Positions 57,425 to 64,000 of a stretch of DNA of 64,000 nucleotides are shown here, in pieces. How positions within the stretch are numbered: the first letter of the stretch is position 1; each line of letters begins with the position of its first letter. Source of the DNA: Thecamonas trahens ATCC 50062 (lineage: Eukaryota > Protista > Apusomonadida); NCBI RefSeq assembly GCF_000142905.1, contig NW_013657619.1:130735-194734 (forward strand), written 5' to 3'. The position numbers and the translations under genes were made by a program. The notes beneath the pieces were generated by a model. It was not told where the DNA came from, ran no database searches, and saw only the letters and a program-made list of their open reading frames with translations.

Positions 57425-58572
57425 TCAAAGAAGTGTCATGAGCAGCTCGAGCTCGTTGAACGTGCCGAGGATGATGGCAATGTGCCAAAGCTGGTGCGAG
57501 GCACCCCAGATGTCAAACAAGCCCGTGGGGATCCACCGCTCCGGCACCTTGTAGAGGAATGGCACCATACCGATGGCGTACCACTTTTGCACGTCCCACA
57601 TGGCCTGGGCCGCTTGCGCAGCAACCGGCGCGTCGACCGCGTACAGCCGCCAAATAAGGGCCCACGAGAGCGCGGTAAGGAGCACCATGCCGACGTAGAT
57701 GCGGTACTTGCGGTGCGGCTGGAGCACAAGCATGCTGATAGTCCACACCAAGACTACCGTAACCACGCAGCCAAACGCCGCCACAAACATCAGATTCTCG
57801 GCCGAGACCAGGGTGGCAGCTGGAACAAGATCGCGCCCACGATCCGCAGCGCCGAGCCAGGCCGGTGGCACAAAGAGACCGACGAGGGCAACAAGCTCCA
57901 GGCCGCCGATGTGGAAGAGCACGCCGATGTAGTCCCACTGGCGGAAACGGAAGCACACGTCCGCTGAGTGGCACATAACCGCATGATACGCCGCCGAGAG
58001 GAGGAACTGCGAGGCAAAGGCAAAGATAAAGACGCCGACCAGCGCGGCGTCCAGCCACGACAACGGGCCAACGTCACGGATGTGCGCCGCCAGTCGCAGT
58101 GCCAGCATCACTGCCACCACCACCGTCCCACCAGCATGCGTCCACACATTCATCGTCTGATTGTGGAGGTACCATACCGATCGCATGCACTGCGCCATGC
58201 TCGCGCACCCGAGCCGGTAGCCCGAGATCACAAACGGATTAACCCTCACCCACAGCGGCGACTCGTCGTACGAGCCCAGCTCCACGCCGTCGAACAGCAC
58301 CGTCCGTCCCGCCGAGTCCTTGTCTCCGCCAGCATCTGCAACTTCTCCCACAGACCCCCCCCCGTCCCCGATCCCGCCGCCGCTCCCCGCCGCCGATGCC
58401 GCACACCCGTCGCTCCGCTCGCCACGCCACAGCCTGTCGGACCCATCGCCCCCGCTCCGCCGGCCGTCGCCATGCCGCTCGCCGACTCGTCACCGGCCAC
58501 CATGTCGGACAAGAAGGAGGTTGCCCCACGTCCTCGCCGCTCTTGTTCGGTGACAGAGTGAGGTGCCGGCAT
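57425..58572 (-). CDS. PAQR/adiponectin-receptor (HlyIII) family protein (-1 frameshift in the G9 run, 58355-58363)
   Basis: NPFVISGYR, HNQTMNVWTH, SAAYH..MCHS, WDYIG and PERW....FDIWGASHQLWH. Confidence 0.9.
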
Positions 58573-59173
58573 TAGACGGTGGAGCTGTAGACGCGTGCTT
58601 CCATGGCTGCGCCACGGCCAGACAATCGTGCGTCAGTCGCTGATCAGACCGATCGATTTGAGCCAACAACAGCTGCGTTGCGCCACTACATAGCCATCGA
58701 TGCTGAGAGCCTCATCTCGTGGTGATGCCAAAGCGGGTGCACTTGATATGCAGAGGCTGTGGAAGAGGCTGTGTAATGCAAACTGATCGGATGTGATGGC
58801 GCCTGGGACGATGGAGAGGTTAGGGCGATGACAAGGTGAGGCGACGTGGCTAAGGGGATGAGGCAGCTGGCGAGCAGTGGCCGGGTGATGGAGACAAGGA
58901 CAGCGAGCAATGTGACCTGGCCACGATCTCTGCATCAACCCGACTGTTGCTCTTCCCTCCATCACAGCTTCATCGCGCCGTGGTAGGCGTTGTCCCCTGC
59001 GACGGCATCGCCTGGCTGAATGGGCGTGCGTCAGGCAGAGTGAGTCACCCCATGTCGGCCGTGCCAGCAGAGCTGTGTCCGCAGCGCCGTGTGTCAGCAG
59101 CAGGCAGCGAGGCAGAGGGGGAGAGAGCGAGGCCACAGTCTGGGCAACGCCTGACTTGTGCCTGGTGACCAGC

Positions 59174-62100
59174 ATGTCTGGCCGTGTCGTGGGAATGTTC
59201 TGCATGCCGGCGCCGTGTGGTCTCGACGCGCTCTCCGTCGCGCCATGGACGGTGGTCGACTCGGTCGATGTGGAGCCGCGAGGGCCGACTGGTCCCCGCT
59301 TTGGGGCGGTCTTTGCGGTGGCTGGGCCTGGCGAGGCTGATGTGGCTGGGCCTGGGGCTAGTGCCGCCGATGTGGCTGGAGCTGACGAGGCTGGCGCGAT
59401 TCTGCCAGCAGCGGCATGCCCTCTCTCCCGGCAGGGCAACAAGATGATGGAGACGACGATGGAAGGTACGACGATGGAAGGCGTCGTCTGGCTGCGCGGC
59501 CGGAAGAGAGTGTGGGCGAGGCGATGGGCGGTGCTGCAGGCAGATGGCGTGCTGGTTGTTGGCCCGCCACGCGCCGAGTCGAGCGAGGAGTCGTGCCTGC
59601 ATGCAGCAGCGGTCAACGCTGGATGTCCACGTTCGGACGATGATGACGAGCATGTGCGACTAGATTTGGCGGGGACAAGGGCAACGGTGTCGGGAAGGCA
59701 TATCCGTCGCGGTGTCGGGCTTAAGATTGAGGGTGATTTGCCATTTGTGCAGGGCGCGACTGGAATGAGCGCGTCCATTGCGCACCTGGTTGTGCCTGAC
59801 GACGAGTCGCGACAGGCATGGATTGCAGCGCTTAATGCTGCGGCAGCCGTGGCCGCCACTCGTTCCTCTGCGCCGACTCGCCTCCGCATTGTGCTGACCT
59901 TTACTGGGCCGCCGCCGGAGCGCCACGAGCTTGAGCCTGTGATGGTGGTCGACGCGCCCGGTGCCGCCCGCCAAGGCGTCGAGCTCGCCTGGCAGTGGGT
60001 CGCCGCCAACTACCTCGCCACCGCCCGGGCTGTCGGCCTCACGCTCTCGCCCGCCGAGGTTCGCCGCATTGCACTGGTCTTTTTTGGCAATCTCGCGCTG
60101 GCGTCGCAGCATCCAGACTTTGCGCTGCATGTATTGGCCAGCCCGACACCGGCACCAGCTGACGACGAAAGACCGGGACCAGCCCCAAGCCTTGCTGCAG
60201 CGCTTGCGTCCATCAAGCCGAGCGCGCCGCCAGCGCTGGCGCCGTCACCGCCAGCCGAGGCACTCGACGCATCGCAGTACTTGTTTCAGGCCATTTCGCT
60301 GGTCGACACGCTCACAAGCGCAAGTCCGAGCCCGAGCCCTGTGCCGAGTGCAGACGATGGTGATGATGGCGAGGCGGGATCGAGCTCGGGCGAGGCTGGA
60401 ACCAGCGGGCTTGCCATTCTCAACACCTCTTTTGTCGCCCGCGGCATCTTTCTTGTCTCGTCATTTGTGGCGCGGCTGGTCTCCGGCCCGTCGCTCAAGC
60501 TCGGGGTGCTGCAGATGATGGCGCGCGCGACGCGCGAGGCCGGCATTTCGCTGCAGCCGATGCAGAGCCGCGAGCCGCGCGGCCCCAAGACCCGATGGCT
60601 TGTCGGCAACATCCCGGACATTCTCCCCGCCAAGGGCGCGGTCCATGCCGCGGCGCTCCTCACCTATGAGTACGGCAAGCTGACCAAGCTCGCGCTAGGC
60701 AAGGAGAAGTTGTATGTGGTTGCCGACGCCAATTATGTGCACCGGATCATGGCATCAGCCGAAAAGCGGTTTCCCAAGCAGGAGGTCATGGCACGGTCGC
60801 TGTTCATGGCCGACGGCGAGACGTGGGCGTCGTCGCGGCGGACGCTCCTACCGGCTTTTGGCACGCGGTCGATGAAGCACTTTGTGCCGGCGTTCCACGA
60901 GGCGACACTCTGCCTTGCGGCGTCGATGCGAGCGCTTGCGGTGGAGAGCCCCGGAACGGCGTTCAATTGCTTCGATGCGTTCAAGGAGCTCACGTTCCAG
61001 GTCATCTGTCGGTGCGGGTTCGACTACGACGCGTCGCGGGCCAACCCACATGCGGAGGCCTTTACCTCGGCGTTTGAGTTCATCATCCACCACCAGGTCA
61101 CGCGCTCGTTCCAGTTCGGCTTTCTCAAGATCCTGCCGACCTCGTCGAACCGGCGGTTTGCGGCAGCCAAGGCTTCGATTGAGACCGTCGTCGCCGACAT
61201 CATGGCCCAGCGACTGGCGGAGCGTCCGGCCGGCGTTGCTCGCGGCGAGCTGCCGCCGTCGGCGTCGGAGCACGCCGACTTTCTGGCGTTTATGATGGAT
61301 AACGCCGACCCAGAGACGGGTGACTTTATCTCGCACGACATCATGCAGGAGCAGGTCATGGTCTTTCTTGCCGCCGGTCATGTCACCACCACGCTCCTCA
61401 CCTCGTGGGCGCTCTTCTGTATCGCGCAGCATCCCGAGGTCGAAGCCAAGATCCTGGCCGAGCTGGCCGGGGTGCTTGGGCCGGACCCGGCGGCGCTGCC
61501 GTCGTTTGCGCAAATTGGCGAGATGCACTACCTGCTCATGGTGCTGAAGGAGACGCTGCGGTTGTACCCGGCGGCTCAGTCGGTCATCCGCTACCACCCG
61601 GAGCCGTTTGTGGTTGGTGGCTACCGAGTTGCTGGCGGGAGCCACTCGATGACCGTTCCGTGGGTCATCCACCGCGACCCGGAGCTGTGGAGCCAGCCTG
61701 AGGCGTTCATCCCGGAGCGATTTGCGCCCGAGCGCGAGACTCGCCGGCACCCGTTTGCGTGGATGCCGTTTGGCGGCGGCGACCGTGTGTGCATTGGCTC
61801 GCGCTTTGCGCTTCTCGAGGTCCGTGCCGTCGTTGCCGTTCTCCTCCGCAACTTTCACTTTGAGGTTCCCCCGGGTTTTGAAGTTGCAGCGTCGCGAAAT
61901 CCGGTGGAGCCCGACGGCGGGCTGCTCCTGGTTCCGTCGCTCCGCGATTCGGCGGCAGCCGCGAGCCAGGGTGCGGCTCTGTACGACTCGCTTGCCAGTT
62001 TTGCTACCCACGATCCGGATGCGCTTGCCGATCACATTCCCAAGCACCTCGAGGTGGTGGCTAACGTCTGCGGTATGTCTGGTGAACAGCTGGCGGCGGC

Positions 62101-64000
62101 AGCGGCGGCGGCGCAGGAGAGCGTTGCAGCGGCAGCGGCGAGCCCAGAGCTAAGCGATGAGGTGATCCGGCTGGCGCCGAGCCTCAATGGTGTCGAGGGT
62201 GGCCTCGAACTGGTAATTGGTTACGGGTCGAACATGGGCACCTCGCGCGGCTTTGCGCAGACGATTGAGGCCGACGCAAGGCGACGGTACGGCAGCGCGC
62301 TGAGCAGGGTAGTGATCTCGCCGCTCGATGAGGTGCTGAGCTCTGGCGCGCTGGTGAGCAGCGAGCCCGACGCGACGAGCGTGCTGGTTGTTGTCACGTC
62401 GTCGTACAACGGTGAGCCGCCGGACAACGCGCGCGACTTTGTGGCGTGGCTCAGCGAGGCCAGTCCCGAGTCTGCCGGCCTCGGCTCGTGGTACACGGCA
62501 GTGTTTGGCTGCGGCAACACCCAGTGGGGCCATCGGTTCCAGGCTGTGCCAAAGAAGGTTGCCCACGAGCTGGAGCGGTTAGGAGTGAGCGCGATCTGCG
62601 AGCGTGGGGCTGGCGATGACGACACCTCGCTGGACATGGACTTTGAGGCGTGGTACACACTTTTTGTGCCGGCGCTCGACATGGCGTACGGCGTGGAGGC
62701 GGTTCCTTTGGTGTCCGCCGACGGTGCCGATGACATCGAGTCTGGCGACGAGCTTCCAGCGCTGGTTCTCGAGGCGGCTGGGCCACACGCCGAGGCGCTC
62801 TCGCTCGAGGCGCTGCACTCGTCCGACGGCGGGCGTCGGATGCGAGTGGTGGTCAACGACGAACTGCTCTCACCCGAGTATGTGCGCAAGACCGGGTTTT
62901 CGACCCGGCACATCGAAGTGATGATGAACAGCGGCGAGAATGACAAGTACGCGCCGGGCGACCACATCGGCGTGTTTCCGGCGAATCCCGAAGCTGCGGT
63001 GGTGCGGTTTGCGGTCCTCGCCGGGCTCTACGATGAGCTCGACGAGTTGGTGGTGGTGGGCGACGGTGGCTCGTCGTGGGACGTCCTGCAGCCGGGGACG
63101 GCGACTACAGCGAGGTTTGTGCTCACCCACGTGGTGGATGTGTGTGGCGCGCCGCCGCGGATGCTGCTTCGCAAGCTCGCGCAGTTCTGCTCGGTAGCGA
63201 GCGAGCGGGCGACGCTGGAGATGCTCGGCTCGTCAACGGCCGAAGGCATGGCGGCGTACGATGAGCTTGTCCTCGGACGGCGGCTGACGGTGAGCGATGT
63301 ACTGCGGCAGTTTCCAAGCGTGGCGGTGGCTGGCGCCAGCGTCTGGTTCTGCGGCCTGCTGCCCAAGCTCAAGCCGCGGCTGTACTCGATCTCGTCGGCA
63401 CCGCAGGGCGGTCTTAACGAGGTTGTCTCACTCACAGTCGGGGTGGTCCGCGAGACAGCACCTGCCTTTGGCGGGTTGGCGTCCAACTATCTGGCGGAGC
63501 TTGCACCGGGGACCGAGCTGTGGGCCTTTACGCGTTCGTGCGATCCGCACTTTCGGGTTCCGGCTGCCGGAGAAGGCGGGTCGACAGACGGGGTGGCGAT
63601 GGCGCTGGTTGGACCGGGCACCGGCTTTGCGCCGTTCCGCGGTTTCCTGCACGAAGTTGCGCGGCGGCCAGGGCCGCACACGCAGCACATGGTGTTCATC
63701 GGATGTCGCCAGGCCGGCGGTGACGAGCTGTACGCTGACGAGCTGGACGGCTTTGAGGCTGCGGGCGTTGTGGGCACCGTTTCGCGGGCATACTCGCGCG
63801 AGCAGACGACAGTCTCGGGCTCGCGGATGTATGTGCAGGACCGAATGGCAGAAGCCGCGCGTCCGCTGTGGGAGAAGATTCTGTCTCCAGTAGCCGGCGG
63901 GCGTGTCTTTGTCTGCGGCGATGGGCGGCGGATGGCTAAGGACGTCCGGCGGGTTGTTGCCCGCATTGCCGAGGACGAGGGCGGTGTCACCGATGGCGTC
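59174..64000 (+). CDS. PH-like domain + cytochrome P450 + diflavin reductase fusion (CYP102/CYP505-like), 3'-truncated by the window end
   Basis: Hand translation of frame 2 is open from 58889 through the PH-like domain (59474-59845) into the P450. All later motifs are in that frame: PRGP..WLVGN, AAGHVTT, ETLR, PERF, FGGGDRVCIG (Cys at 61790), YGSNMGT, TSSYNGEPPDNA, FGCGNTQW, PRLYSISS, GPGTGFAPFRGF, YVQD, FVCGDG. Start could also be 59444. Confidence 0.9.
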   Translation, partial: MSGRVVGMFCMPAPCGLDALSVAPWTVVDSVDVEPRGPTGPRFGAVFAVAGPGEADVAGPGASAADVAGADEAGAILPAAACPLSRQGNKMMETTMEGTTMEGVVWLRGRKRVWARRWAVLQADGVLVVGPPRAESSEESCLHAAAVNAGCPRSDDDDEHVRLDLAGTRATVSGRHIRRGVGLKIEGDLPFVQGATGMSASIAHLVVPDDESRQAWIAALNAAAAVAATRSSAPTRLRIVLTFTGPPPERHELEPVMVVDAPGAARQGVELAWQWVAANYLATARAVGLTLSPAEVRRIALVFFGNLALASQHPDFALHVLASPTPAPADDERPGPAPSLAAALASIKPSAPPALAPSPPAEALDASQYLFQAISLVDTLTSASPSPSPVPSADDGDDGEAGSSSGEAGTSGLAILNTSFVARGIFLVSSFVARLVSGPSLKLGVLQMMARATREAGISLQPMQSREPRGPKTRWLVGNIPDILPAKGAVHAAALLTYEYGKLTKLALGKEKLYVVADANYVHRIMASAEKRFPKQEVMARSLFMADGETWASSRRTLLPAFGTRSMKHFVPAFHEATLCLAASMRALAVESPGTAFNCFDAFKELTFQVICRCGFDYDASRANPHAEAFTSAFEFIIHHQVTRSFQFGFLKILPTSSNRRFAAAKASIETVVADIMAQRLAERPAGVARGELPPSASEHADFLAFMMDNADPETGDFISHDIMQEQVMVFLAAGHVTTTLLTSWALFCIAQHPEVEAKILAELAGVLGPDPAALPSFAQIGEMHYLLMVLKETLRLYPAAQSVIRYHPEPFVVGGYRVAGGSHSMTVPWVIHRDPELWSQPEAFIPERFAPERETRRHPFAWMPFGGGDRVCIGSRFALLEVRAVVAVLLRNFHFEVPPGFEVAASRNPVEPDGGLLLVPSLRDSAAAASQGAALYDSLASFATHDPDALADHIPKHLEVVANVCGMSGEQLAAAAAAAQESVAAAAASPELSDEVIRLAPSLNGVEGGLELVIGYGSNMGTSRGFAQTIEADARRRYGSALSRVVISPLDEVLSSGALVSSEPDATSVLVVVTSSYNGEPPDNARDFVAWLSEASPESAGLGSWYTAVFGCGNTQWGHRFQAVPKKVAHELERLGVSAICERGAGDDDTSLDMDFEAWYTLFVPALDMAYGVEAVPLVSADGADDIESGDELPALVLEAAGPHAEALSLEALHSSDGGRRMRVVVNDELLSPEYVRKTGFSTRHIEVMMNSGENDKYAPGDHIGVFPANPEAAVVRFAVLAGLYDELDELVVVGDGGSSWDVLQPGTATTARFVLTHVVDVCGAPPRMLLRKLAQFCSVASERATLEMLGSSTAEGMAAYDELVLGRRLTVSDVLRQFPSVAVAGASVWFCGLLPKLKPRLYSISSAPQGGLNEVVSLTVGVVRETAPAFGGLASNYLAELAPGTELWAFTRSCDPHFRVPAAGEGGSTDGVAMALVGPGTGFAPFRGFLHEVARRPGPHTQHMVFIGCRQAGGDELYADELDGFEAAGVVGTVSRAYSREQTTVSGSRMYVQDRMAEAARPLWEKILSPVAGGRVFVCGDGRRMAKDVRRVVARIAEDEGGVTDGV

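Overview
GC-rich, gene-dense, intron-poor eukaryotic scaffold from a flagellated protist. It has GT-AG spliceosomal introns, BBSome and axoneme genes and N-gaps next to poly-G/C tracts. The style resembles an apusomonad such as Thecamonas, but the organism is inferred, not shown. About 27 genes are supported. Housekeeping genes: mitochondrial bL21, RPL14, mitochondrial IleRS, YchF/OLA1, SEH1, DIS3. Ciliary genes: MYCBPAP-like, BBS7, BBS9, STPG1-like. Others: a giant coiled-coil protein with 53/39-aa tandem repeats, a metallophosphoesterase, a PB1-like+SH2 protein, a GNAT, a phage/bacterial-type SLOG-like protein, a head-to-head SPFH pair, a SAM methyltransferase, two small SMP/LEA-like paralogs, an F-box-ankyrin protein, an MDR oxidoreductase and a PAQR. 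The most unusual item is missing from the supplied ORF track because it runs off the window end: one >1600-codon frame joining a PH-like domain to a self-sufficient CYP102/CYP505-type P450-reductase with an altered I-helix (AGHVTT). Other leads are the divergent SPFH pair with a central palindrome, recurrent TTAATCG/TCAATCG arrays in divergent promoters, a duplicated two-hairpin element, and five -1 frameshifts at homopolymers (most likely sequencing undercalls). No rRNA, tRNA, CRISPR or transposase was recognised. All family assignments come from remembered motifs, not database searches.
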